The notes beneath the pieces were generated by a model, which was not told the origin of the DNA, did not search any database, and was given only the letters and a program-made list of their open reading frames with translations. A DNA stretch of 37,612 nt from Octopus bimaculoides (Eukaryota), in contig NC_068985.1 of assembly GCF_001194135.2 (NCBI RefSeq), forward strand, positions 9,121,465 through 9,159,076, read 5' to 3'. The translations under genes were made by a program, and so were the position numbers. Positions within the stretch are counted from its first letter, which is position 1, and the number at the start of each line of letters is the position of its first letter. Shown one piece after another: positions 1 to 11,066 of this stretch.

Positions 1-40
<40 letters not shown>

Positions 41-59
41 CATATATATATAATTATAT

Positions 60-350
60 GGAGCACTCCGTCGGTTACGACGACGTGGGTCCCCGCTGAT
101 ACGATCAATGGAAAGCTTGCAAGTTGGTTAAGAACTCCATGAAGAGGTATGCCCTTCACGTAGTTAGTTCTCAGGGAGATTCAGCGTGGCACAGAGTGTG
201 ACAAGGCCGGACCTTTGAAATAGAGGTACTACTCATTTTCACCAGCTGAGTGGAAATAAAGTGTCTTGCTCAAGGACACAACTCGTCGCCAGGAATTGAA
301 CTCACGACCTTTCGATCGTGAGTGGAATGCTCTAACCACCAAGACACGCG
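60..350 (-). mobile_element. tRNA-derived SINE, family D (near full length)
   Basis: Reverse-complement box B (ggaattgaactc) and box A (ctaaccac) at the right end; the body recurs at 11915-12110, 19140-19390 and 34285-34520. Confidence 0.75.
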
Positions 351-563
351 CGTGTGTGTGTGCGTATGCGCTTACAAACATGCGAACTAATAACGCGAAT
401 CAGACGTAGAAGGGTCAATATTTACGGTTGTGTGAGATAACAGACTGGTACGATTTAGATTTTCGCTAATGACGTTGATTGAGTTTCTGATTCCTAATTT
501 TTAACACATGGCTTTTATAGCAAAATGTAAGCGCACTTATAGTCTTATAGTCTGACTAATATA

Positions 564-611
<48 letters not shown>

Positions 612-632
612 NNNNNNNNNNNNNNNNNNNNN

Positions 633-683
<51 letters not shown>

Positions 684-808
684 TTAATCAGTGACGTAAT
701 CAGCGTCATGCTAACATGCAGATGTGCTTCAAGTGGACACATGTTGGACTATAACCTCTTATATACACAATATAAATACTGTGTATGTCTGTATATAGAT
801 AGATAGAC

Positions 809-843
<35 letters not shown>

Positions 844-1595
844 GAGATACATATACATACATGGATGTATACATGTATGTGTGTGTGTGTGTGTGTGTTA
901 ATGTGTGTATGTGCCTGTGTGTATGTTTGTGTACAGACAGAGACACAAGTATACACACATGTGCATGCATATATATAAATCTGTGAACCAGAAGTAAATG
1001 GAAAGCATTCTGATAGAGATAGACAGACACTCACACACAAACGCATTTATATATTTTTGTGTATATAGGTTATTCCAAGAATAGACTCTCTGTATGTTTG
1101 TGTGTGTGTGTGTGTGTGTGTGCGCGTGCGTGTGCGGGCTCGTACGCGCGTGTGTAGATGCAGAAGTGACGGATAAATAATAGTAGGCATAAGGAATGTA
1201 TCTACATCGAAACTTGCGTTTACAAATGACTGAAGCAATCAACTCTTATCTTTACAGCTGTTTCGGATAATTGTTGTGCATGTGTTTTACATATACATAT
1301 TGAAACATACCTACATATACCTACGCATTCAGAGATATATTTATTGTTGTAAGCGTAGTAACAATAGCTCTAAGTACAATATATTTAGAGTCAGCCGTTA
1401 GAAAAGTGCTCTCATGTGGCAAAGAGTTGTTTTGGCTCTTATTTCTAGCAAAGCTGGTGCTTACTAGCATCCTCCGTCACTTTAGCGACGACTATTCTTC
1501 TGCTTTTCGTTTCTAAATTGCGAATAGCCTCCTTAATGAGATGTATGTATGTATGTATGTATGTATGTATGTATGTATGTATGTATGTATGTATA

Positions 1596-2052
1596 GGCGC
1601 AGGCGTGGCTGTGTGGTAAGTAGCTTGCTTACCAACCACATGGTTCCGGTTTTGGTCTCACTGTGTGACACCTTGGACAAGTGTCGTATACTATAGCCAC
1701 GGGCCTACCAAAGTCTTGCGATTGTTTTTGGTAGACGGAAACTGAAAGAAACATGTCTTATATAATCGTGTCTGTCTGTCTGTGTGTGCGTGTCTGTGTG
1801 TGCGTGTGTATGTCTGTCTGTTTGTCTGTCTGTGTATGCGTGTGTCTGTGTGTTTGTCTGTGTGTCTTTGTGTCTGTTCGTCCTCCACCACCGTTTGACA
1901 AGTGGTGTTGGCGTGTTTATGTCTCCGTTACATAGCGGTTCGACTAAAGAAACCGATCGCATAAGAGCCAGGCTTAAGAAAAATAAGTTCTCCAAGGCAG
2001 AGCCCCAGCATGGCCGCGGTCTTATTACTGAAACAAGTAAAAGATAAAAGAT
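1596..2052 (+). mobile_element. tRNA-derived SINE, family A, with internal microsatellite
   Basis: Head ggcgcaggcgtggctgtgtggtaag, core accttggacaagtg, central (TGTC/TG)n and GTAAAAGA tail; many homologous copies in the window. Confidence 0.85.
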
Positions 2053-2064
2053 AATTCTTTCAAA

Positions 2065-2470
2065 TGTTGGCACAAGGCCAGCAATTTCGAGGAGGGGGTA
2101 AGTTGATTACATCGACCCCCAGTGCTCAACTGGTTCTTATTTTATCGAACGGGAAAGGGTAAGTCAACCCCGGCGAAATTTGAACTCAGAACGTTAAAAC
2201 AGACGAAATGCCGCTCAGCATTTTGCCAGGCGTGCAAAACGATTCTTATTTCTTTATTGCCTACAAGGGGCTAAACATATAGGGGACAAACAAGGAGAGT
2301 AAGTCGATTACATCGACCGCTGTGCGTAACTGGTACTTAATTTATCGACTCCGAAAGGATGAAAGGCAAAGTCGACCCCGGCGGAATTTGAACTCAGAAC
2401 GTAACGGCAGACGAAATACCGCTAAGCATTTCGCCCGGCTCTCTAACGATTCTGCCAGCTCGCCGCCGTT
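2065..2470 (-). mobile_element. Two tandem tRNA-derived SINE copies, family C
   Basis: Repeated gattacatcgacc...aaagtcgacc/aaagtcaacc...gaatttgaactcagaacg (reverse box B)...agcattt; also at 36285-36440 and 36670-36870. Confidence 0.8.
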
Positions 2471-2798
2471 AATGAAACGAAATATATTAAACAGGCATTG
2501 ATCATCGCCAGAAGACAAACAATTCGTGAGAGTGAGGAAGAAAAGCGCGGAAGAAAAGGAAAAAAAAATAGAGAGAGGTAAGGGAAAGAGAGAGAAAATA
2601 AAATATAGAGGAGTGAAATAGAGGAAGAGAAAACACAAAAGGAAAGTCCAGAGGAGAAACCCGGAAGAAAGAGATTCCGTTGTTTAATGAAAATAGGAAA
2701 AAACAATAAAAGTTCGTAAGTCGTTGTTAAGCCGAAGAGATGCTCTGATCAAGCGAAGCAAACAAACCGATGTCCAAAGATGTTCCAGTGATGAATAT

Positions 2799-3060
2799 GG
2801 TAATCTTCAAGTTTAGGGGGATAAAAAAATAAATAAAAATATACAAGGGAAGTAACTGAACGTCTTACCAGTATTCTCCGTACATCTCTGTTTATAAATA
2901 AATCACACACGTGATTTGATTGACGCTAGGGTTAGGGTTAGGGTTAGGGTGTGATTTATTTATAAACAGCTAGAAGAAAACGGATAATACTGGTAAGTCG
3001 TTCAGTTATTTCCCTTGAATATTTTTATTTATTTTTTATCCCCTAAACTTGAAGATTACC
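2799..3060. repeat. Foldback/MITE-like inverted repeat with a telomeric (TTAGGG)n loop
   Basis: Arms 2799-2908 and 2949-3060 are reverse complements (about 90% identical by eye); the loop contains CTAGGG(TTAGGG)3 at 2926-2949. Confidence 0.9.
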
Positions 3061-4094
3061 GATGAACATGCCATTGTTTAGTACATTTATTAGTATCGTT
3101 GTCCGGTGTTTGTCCTTTCCTTTTTTTTTGTAAGGCGATAAGGTAATGATCTGAAGGAGATGTGACTGTTATTTCTAGCATGGCGAGCGACTGGTAAGTG
3201 CGTTACAAATTTACTCGGCCTGAGTAAAAGTTTGGGAATATTAAACTTCAATTGGCCGTATTTTTTCTTTTTTTTTTCTTGTTCTTTTGCTTCTCGTCTG
3301 TCAGTGATCTACCTACCTCTGTGTGTGTGTGTAGTTATATGGAGGGTGGGGCAACGTATGTGAGTGTTTCTGTACGCATGTATGTGTGTGTACATTATAT
3401 ATATANNNNNNNNNNTATCCATCATAGGATTCCTTGCACGCTAGAAAGAACAGCTAAAATCCAAACCACTATTAGGGATAATATGTGTGTGTATGTCTGT
3501 GTATGTGTGTCTGTGTGTCTGTGTGTGTATGTAGGCATGTATAACTTAGATAACTTAGATATGTTTCGACCAAAGATTGGTCTAGGCCATGTCTAACTTA
3601 ATAGCACCACCTGTACACTTGTATTAATCTATGTATGTATTGTGTGTATGTGTGTGTGTGTGTGTGTGTATGTATGCGTGTGTGTGTCTCTCTACTTATA
3701 CATACATACATACATACATACATACGTATGTCATGCACTGTAGTATTTTTGTTTGGCCGTTACTGTGTATGTATGCATGCGTGTGTATGTATGTATACAT
3801 GGTAGAGTTGATGTTTGTATGAAAACATGTCCCTTTATCTTATTTGCCCTTTTGTCTTCCCCCTCCCCTCTCTCTCTCTCTCCCTCTCCCTCTCTCTCTA
3901 CTCTGCTCGCCTCTCTCTAATTCTCTTTTATCTCTTTCACATGTTTTCCTCTCATATCTCTTTCCAAAGAAAACTCCCCTCCTACTCTTTCTCTCACACA
4001 CATACTATCGCTCGCTCTCTCCCCCTCTCTCTCTCTCTCTCTCCCTTTCTCACACGCTCTACCTACTTATCTATCTGTCTATCTATCTACGTAT

Positions 4095-4202
4095 TTGTGT
4101 ATATTTTTTTCTCTCTTTCTGATATATCTATTTTGCTTTTTCCTGCCTTTTTTTCTCCTATCTTTTGTTTTCTTTCTCCCCCTTTATAACCAGTCAGGTC
4201 AG
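4095..4202 (+). promoter_or_regulatory. Polypyrimidine tract with candidate 3' splice acceptors, or a pyrimidine-rich 5' UTR
   Basis: Long C/T tract followed by CAG (4191-4193), TCAG (4194-4197) and AG (4201-4202), 30-40 nt before the ATG. Confidence 0.4.
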
Positions 4203-4231
4203 TTTAGCGGATCGACTCGAACGAAGAAGAA

Positions 4232-4448
4232 ATGTTTACAGTGCGGCCTTTGCACATAGTTTGTGCCTGTATGATTATCGGTGCTGTTGCTGTTTTGCAG
4301 CCAGAACAACTTCAATATTCCGGATACACCCTCAATGTCACGTCCACACTGATCGTACTGGGTTTGGTTTCGATTCTCGCTTTCGCCGTTTTGCCTCTCA
4401 ACAGCGACTTGCCTGTTAGCAGTCACCAGAAAGCAGTCGTAATAACAG
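4232..4448 (+). CDS. First coding exon of a membrane-anchored short-chain dehydrogenase/reductase (17beta-HSD2/11beta-HSD2/RDH/BDH1-like); partial gene
   Basis: ATG at 4232 with an in-frame upstream stop (TAG 4205-4207). Translation MFTVRPLHIVCACMIIGAVAVL...TLIVLGLVSILAFAVLPLNSDLPVSSHQKAVVITG has two hydrophobic segments followed by LPV..QKAVVITG, the start of the Rossmann TGxxxGxG motif. The exon ends at ACAG|GTAAGA, a phase-1 donor inside the Gly codon, the same intron position as in vertebrate HSD11B2/HSD17B2. Confidence 0.85.
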
Positions 4449-4454
4449 GTAAGA
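4449..4454 (+). other. 5' splice donor (G|GTAAGA)
   Basis: Near-consensus donor exactly where SDR similarity stops; the reading frame beyond it has no SDR character. Confidence 0.8.
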
Positions 4455-4518
4455 CAAGCAAGTTTTACTTGTCAGTCGATCATATTTTGTTGTTGCTGCT
4501 ACTGTTATCGGCAGATTT

Positions 4519-5046
4519 GGCATACCTACACAAGTGGGCTCCACCCCGAATTTGTTTCCTCATAGCTTACAGAAAAATGGATATTTTAAATAGGAAATTC
4601 TCTACAAACATGTTTCAAAAATGGTGTAGATTCCGATTATATCAGAATTTATAAGCGAAAAGGTTTCCCGAGGGTGGTTTCGGAAAATTCACACGAGCCG
4701 GTTTTGTTCCCTCGTAACTTCCAGGAAAATGGAAATTTTAATACAAATATATTTCAGATAATGTAGAGAACGATTATATCAGAAATTATGAAAAGATTTG
4801 TTTTATATAAATACTGGAAGACTTGTACACATAGGTACTGAAACACATCACACATGTCTACAAAATAAAACTTGAAATTCTGAAAGAAAAAAGTTAACCA
4901 CCCCTTGGAAAATTTCTTTTTTTTTTCCACAAGAAATTCCCATATAATCGGAAGCATGTTTGTAGAAAATTTCATTAAAAAATATCCATTTTTCTACAAA
5001 TTATGAGGAATCGAAGTCAGTGGGGGCACGCTTATGTAAGTATGCC
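4519..5046. repeat. MITE-like element with ~130-bp imperfect terminal inverted repeats
   Basis: ggcatacctacacaagtg...ttcctcata...gaaaaatggatatttt...ctacaaacatg...cgattatat (4519-4650) is mirrored by 4935-5046. One end motif (ggcatacctacacaagtg) recurs near 7028. Confidence 0.7.
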
Positions 5047-6007
5047 GCTGATTTTACAGTTTTAAAAGTGGTTGATGGGGATTTGACTGTTATTTCTAGC
5101 AAACAGAGCGTTGTTGTTTAGACATATACTGTTTACGTTCGAGCGTGTGAGTCTAAGTGTCTAAGTATGTTATTTGTTTACACATTGTATCTACACAAAC
5201 AGTGCCCCAGTAACCTCGTAGCAAGTGTAGCATATGATACAGGTCCCAAACATTCAAGGGACTCATATTAAATGCTTTGTTATTCTATCAATGTGCTGTC
5301 TTCAACTTTTGGTGAGCGAGTGGACGTTTCAAGTTGATCCAGTCATTGGAATATTTTAGAGATTCACTAACTTTGTTAATATTCACAAACTTTCTTTTAC
5401 GATTCAGTGATTCCGTACTTTACTGTTGTCCTATATAATGCCTTCAACTTTTATGTTACTATGGGTTTGGTCCCAAATAAATCGGAACACTTCCGCTATC
5501 AATACACTTTAAATTAAACAAAACAAAACATACTCTTCAAGTTGATTAAAAACGGTGAATTAGCAAAATTACTTCATTTTTCTCGAAAGCAAATAAATAG
5601 ACATGTCGATCTGTTTCTCTATTCCGCTGCATTAAAGTCGATATACATGCTACGATAAAAAACGCTGAAATCTGTTTTGGCCCGAATTATTATTTCCTTA
5701 ATAATACGTGTTTGAACAAAACAAATTGTAACGCAAATATTGAACTAAACACTGTGATATTAAATGCCCCCATCAAAACAAATCGAGACTTTTAAACAGG
5801 TGAAAAGTATTTACGACTTCCGCTAATCTTTACACCAGTAAGTAAAGTTATACGTAGGCATTGTCAATGCGTTACAGAAAGTTCGCTTGGCGAGCACGTG
5901 TTTTCTGGTGCGGTCCCACTGGGGGGCAACTTGTGCAGGTGCCGACTCTGAGTGAATTAGGTTGGTGGAAGATGTGTGGAAAGTGTGGAAAGCACATTAT
6001 ATCCACT

Positions 6008-6389
6008 CTCTCTTTACTCTTTTACTTGTTTCCGTCATTTGACTGCGGCCATGCTGGAGCAACGCCTTTAGTCGAGCAAATCGACCCCAGGACTTATTCT
6101 TTGAAAGCCCAGTACTTATTCTATCAGTCTCTTTTTGCCGAACCGCTAGGTTACGGGGATGTAAACACACCAGCATCGGTTGTCAAGCGATGTTGGGGGG
6201 ACAAACACAGACACATATATATATACATATATACGACGGACTTCTTTCAGTTTTCCGTCGACCAAATCCACTCACAAGGCTTTGGTCGGCCCGAGACTAT
6301 AGTAGAAGACACTTGGCCAAGGTGCCACGCAGTGGGAATGAACCCAGAACCATGTGCTTGGTAAGCAAGTTACTTACCACACAGCCACT
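6008..6389 (-). mobile_element. tRNA-derived SINE, family A (full length)
   Basis: Reverse complement of the 1596-2052 and 33042-33446 element, including head and tail. Confidence 0.85.
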
Positions 6390-6728
6390 GTATACAACAA
6401 TTTCATTATATTAGATAGACACACAGACAGACAGACAGACACATAGATAGATAGATACATACATACATACATACATACATAATTACAAAGATAGATAGAT
6501 AGATAGATAGATCTCATAATGCAGGGAAACAGTTGCAAAATTAAGTACCTGCACAGCTGGGCAACTACGTTGCGTGGAAACAATTGTAGTGATTGAAAGA
6601 TAAATGTCCAACTGTACCCTTTCTTGTTGAATCCAATTTTTTTTAATTATAAATATATGTGGAAGGTGTTTATAAGCCATTTAAAAACACATAAAAACCG
6701 TTAGATTCACTTGAACATTTAAATTTAA

Positions 6729-6779
6729 TTTGTCAATATATTTTCGTCGCTTTGAGACCGCGACCTGTTCACTGACAAA
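6729..6779 (-). ncRNA. Minimal type-I hammerhead ribozyme-like motif, G3:C8 core variant
   Basis: Minus strand reads TTTGTCA-GTGAACA-G-GTCGC-ggtctcaaa-GCGAC-GAAA-ATATAT-TGACAAA: 7-bp stem I, 5-bp stem II and GAAA. Position 16.1 reads A in this copy. Confidence 0.55.
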
Positions 6780-6910
6780 ATTCTGTGCACCATATATAAT
6801 TAGTCAAATAAAACAAAGAAAAAAGACAACAAGAAAAAAAAAACAACGTGCGGACGTGGTACATGCAAAGTATCAATAAGGCGCCTCAGAGAAGGAAAGA
6901 CAGAGTGGTT

Positions 6911-6948
6911 GTTTTACGTTTCGAGCAAAACTCTTCTTCGGAAAAAGG
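6911..6948 (-). ncRNA. Minimal type-I hammerhead-like motif (U4C variant) in a Penelope-like repeat
   Basis: Minus strand reads TTTT-CCGAAGA-A-GAG-ttttg-CTC-GAAAC-GTA-AAAC: palindromic ACGT stem III, GUA triplet and a short stem I. Confidence 0.5.
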
Positions 6949-7178
6949 AGTCATAGGAAAGTCCAGAAGAAAAGGAAGAGAGAGGGGAAAAAAATCGCCA
7001 ATAGTCCAAATGTAGGCATGTATGTATGTATGTATGTATGTATATATGGCATACCTACACAAGTGTGCGTGTTTTTATTTTGTTCTTTTTTTGCGTTTGT
7101 TCCTACACCGCTTGATAACCAGTGCTGGTTTGTTTACGTTCTGGTAATTTAGTGATAAGTGTGCATATAAACGCACAC

Positions 7179-7232
<54 letters not shown>

Positions 7233-7236
<4 letters not shown>

Positions 7237-7339
7237 TGAAGCCATCTGGTTTCACCGGTTCTCAGTCAAATCATCCAACCCATGCTAGCATGGAAAGCGG
7301 ACGTTAAACGGCAATGATGATAATGATGATATATATATA

Positions 7340-7375
<36 letters not shown>

Positions 7376-7512
7376 CATATATATATATATATATGTGTAT
7401 GTATGTATATGTATGTATGCATATGTATGTATATGTATGTATGTATATATATATATAAGTGTATATATATATGTCTGTATATATATGTATATATATATGT
7501 CATATATTTATG

Positions 7513-7545
<33 letters not shown>

Positions 7546-7625
7546 ATAGTCCTCAGTCAAATCATCCAACCCATGCTAGCATGGAAAGCGGACGTTAAAC
7601 GATGATGATGATGATGATGATGATA
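7233..7625 (+). mobile_element. Tandemly duplicated 3' tail of RTE-related short element (family B) separated by microsatellite
   Basis: ctcagtcaaatcatccaacccatgctagcatggaaagcggacgttaaac plus a GAT-rich tail occurs at ~7261-7325 and ~7553-7625. Confidence 0.75.
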
Positions 7626-7841
7626 TATATACAAGAATAAGGGCAGGGAATCGTCAATTAATAATAGAATTAATAATTAACAATTTTGCCAAGTAGTTCA
7701 GTATGAAAAACCCTTTATCGGTAAAACCATTTATCATCATAAATATACAGGGATTAGCATTGAGTTGCTTCTCCAACATACTAAAAATTTAGAAATAGCA
7801 GTCAAAGAACTACTGATTCTAAACTACAAATTATATATAGC

Positions 7842-7883
<42 letters not shown>

Positions 7884-7996
7884 TATTCTCATACATATTC
7901 ATATGTGAATTTCTAAGCAAGTCAACAACTATTAGTCTTGTAAGAGTTATTCTTCACATGTGTGTATGTATATTTATGTGTCAGTCTACTTACATA

Positions 7997-8035
<39 letters not shown>

Positions 8036-8214
8036 AATGTATATTTAGAAGGTTGATTGTTATGGCATGTCCGAGGGTGGCTATTTGTTTTGCACCTATA
8101 AAACGCTTTGCTGTATTGGTGACTCATCCACCTCAAATGTCCAGAGGCGTTTGACCCCGCTGCAATGGGGGAGGGGAAGAAAACATCATAGTCAATAAAA
8201 GATGTATCATGTAT

Positions 8215-8441
8215 TCTTTTATTTTTTTTACTTGTTTCAGTCATTTGACTGTGCCCATGCTGGAGCACCGCCTTTAGTCGAGCAAATCGACCCCAGGACT
8301 TATTCTTTGTAAGCCTAGTACTTATTCTATCAGTCTCTTTTGCCGGATCGCTAAGTTATGGGTACATAAACACACCAGTATCGGTTGTCAACAGATGTTG
8401 GGTGGGGAGAAACACAGACATACAAACATACACACACACAC

Positions 8442-8519
<78 letters not shown>

Positions 8520-8681
8520 GACGGGCTTCTTTCAGTTTCCATCTACCAAATCCACTCCCAAGGCTTTGGTCGGCCCAAGCCTATAGTAGAACACACTTGC
8601 CCAAGGTACCATGCAGTGGGACTCAACCTGGAACCATGTGGTTGGGAAGCAAGCTACTTACCACACAGCCATACCTGCACC
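8215..8681 (-). mobile_element. tRNA-derived SINE, family A (full length)
   Basis: Reverse-complement homology to 33042-33446; central (TA/CA)n. Confidence 0.85.
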
Positions 8682-9496
8682 TTTATATATATATAAAAAT
8701 ATATAAAATGTATATATAAAATATATGCAAAGAATGTATGCAAATATACATATATATGTTTATACATGGATATATATACATATATATNNNNNNNNNNNNN
8801 NNNNNNNNNNNNNNNNNNNNNNNNNNNNNNNNNNNNNNNNNNNNNNNNNNNNNNNNNNNNNNNNNNNNNNNNNNNNNNNNNNNNNNNNNNNNNNNNNNNN
8901 NNNNNNNNNNNNNNNNNNNNNNNNNNNNNNNNNNNNNNNNNNNNNNNNNNNNNNNNNNNNNNNNNNNNNNNNNNNNNNNNNNNNNNNNNNNNNNNTATAT
9001 ATATATATATGCACATATACATATTGTATATATGTATATATAACGTATGTATATGCGTGTGTTTATGTATAAAGATAGACGGGCACACACACACACACAC
9101 ACATTCATAAATGTGTATGCACGTGTGTATGTATACATATACGTAAATAGATATAGCCAGATAAATATATCCATGAAAATGCATATACATGTATGTGTTT
9201 GTTTGTCACCCCAACCACTACTCGATGTCGGTTTGTTTACACCCCACATAACATAGAAGTTCTGCAGAGAGTACCAATTAAATAGGTACCAAGATTTATA
9301 AAATATAGGTCCTTTGGTTGTATATATAAATCCAAGTTAGGGGTTGTGAATCCTACCCATTAAGGGATAATATCTATCCAATATACTGCTGGAAGAATAC
9401 CCAATTATTATTACATTAGTGTTTTTTCATTGCATGGCAATTACATTACCAAGTGCAATAAATGGGTGCAGGTAAAAAGTTATTTACCATTAATTT

Positions 9497-9815
9497 ATAT
9501 AGCAATAAGAAAATGGATGGGATTAATAGGTGGTATTCCTCAACTTGCAGATATTGTATTATGTCAATTTACTTGTTTATTTGTTTACTAAAAAGACAAT
9601 AATGACAATATACAAACACATGTGACATGTTATATCCCATTTTCTGTCACTATATGTCATTTTTATAATTACTGATATGACATATGTCGCATGTGTTTGT
9701 ATATTGTCATTATAGTCCTTTTAGTAAACAAATAAACGAGTAAATTGACATAATACAATATCTGGAAGTTGATGAATACCACCAATTAATCCCCTCCATT
9801 TTCTTATTGCCATAT
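9497..9815. repeat. Long inverted repeat (foldback), ~140-bp arms, 37-nt loop
   Basis: 9497-9636 versus the reverse complement of 9674-9815: about 10 substitutions and one 2-nt indel by manual alignment. Confidence 0.9.
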
Positions 9816-10141
9816 TGTATATATCATATNNNNNNNNNNNNNNNNNNNNNNNNNNNNNNNNNNNNNNNNNNNNNNNNNNNNNNNNNNNNNNNNNNNNNNN
9901 NNNNNNNNNNNNNNNNNNNNNNNNNNNNNCGACCAAAGCCTTGTGAATAGATTTGGTAGATGGAAACTGAAAGAAGCCCTTTTATATATATATGTATATA
10001 TTTGTGTGTGTGTGTGTGTGTATTCATGTGCGTGTTTGTGTCTGTATATATATATATATGCATATATATGTATGCATACATATGTGTATGTATACATATA
10101 TGCACGTATTCATATGTGTATGTATATATATGTATTTATAC

Positions 10142-10204
<63 letters not shown>

Positions 10205-10259
10205 TACACATATATATACATATATACACATTTATACATATATATATACATACATATAC

Positions 10260-10428
10260 TACACTCTCTGAGTGGTTGGCGTTAGGAAGGGCATCCAGCT
10301 GTAGAAACTCTGCTAAATTAGATAGGAGCCTGGTGTTGCCATCCGGTTTCACCAGTCCTCAGTCAAATCGTGCAACCCATGCTAGCATGGAAAGCGGACG
10401 TTAAACGATGATGATGATGATGATGATA
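10260..10428 (+). mobile_element. RTE-related short element (family B), 3' part
   Basis: gagtggttggcgttaggaagggcatccagctgtagaaactc...gcggacgttaaac(gat)n. Confidence 0.8.
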
Positions 10429-11066
10429 TATATACATACACACACACACATATATAGTGGAGAAAATAGTAGTTCTCATGTTGACAGGTCCTCATAGACA
10501 GGTGAGATCGCTGTTATTAAATGTTACTCTGGAATCAAACCCTACAGATAAGGGGAGGTAAGGATTTGCAGGGTCTGATAGTTTAGAGAAGGATTGGGTA
10601 CAGTAATTAGTGAGTAGCTGGGACAATGGACTCAACAAGGGTGACAAGAGAAAGAGAGTCAAGTGGATGAGAAATACCTGTGCTGAGTCCAGGTTAGAAA
10701 TGGAGACTTTTACACCTGTGTGCCAAAGACTGGAGCATGTCTGTGAGTGATTTAACACTTGTGTCTTGGGTGATTCTTATTATCTATTTACGTATGAAAC
10801 TAAATTTCATAGTTATCCCGTAATGATGTGAAATATCTACCCCCAAAAAATAGAATTGGTATTTTCTGCCAGTCACGTTGCCTCAATAAACTTCACATAT
10901 CTCAGCAGAAAATAGTTTCGAACATGACATTTCTCAACAAGACAAAAATCTAAATAAACTAGGATTTAGTTGGTCATGATAACGAGCGTTCCAGGTGATC
11001 CGATAAATGAAACAACCTGCTTGTGAAATGCTTGATGAGCACACCATACACACGCATACCCTTAAC

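Noticed and set aside
2729-2765. Possible hammerhead CCGAAGA-gat-GCT...AGC-GAAGC
   Set aside because: There are multiple core mismatches and no credible stem I or stem III.
4449-4654. Continuation of ORF 4232-4654 beyond KAVVITG
   Set aside because: It lacks the expected CDSGFG-like continuation, follows a strong donor and runs into a MITE arm, so it is intronic read-through.
10492-10758. 88-aa minus-strand ORF in non-repetitive-looking sequence
   Set aside because: No recognisable domain or splice structure; possibly an old TE fragment, but this cannot be supported.
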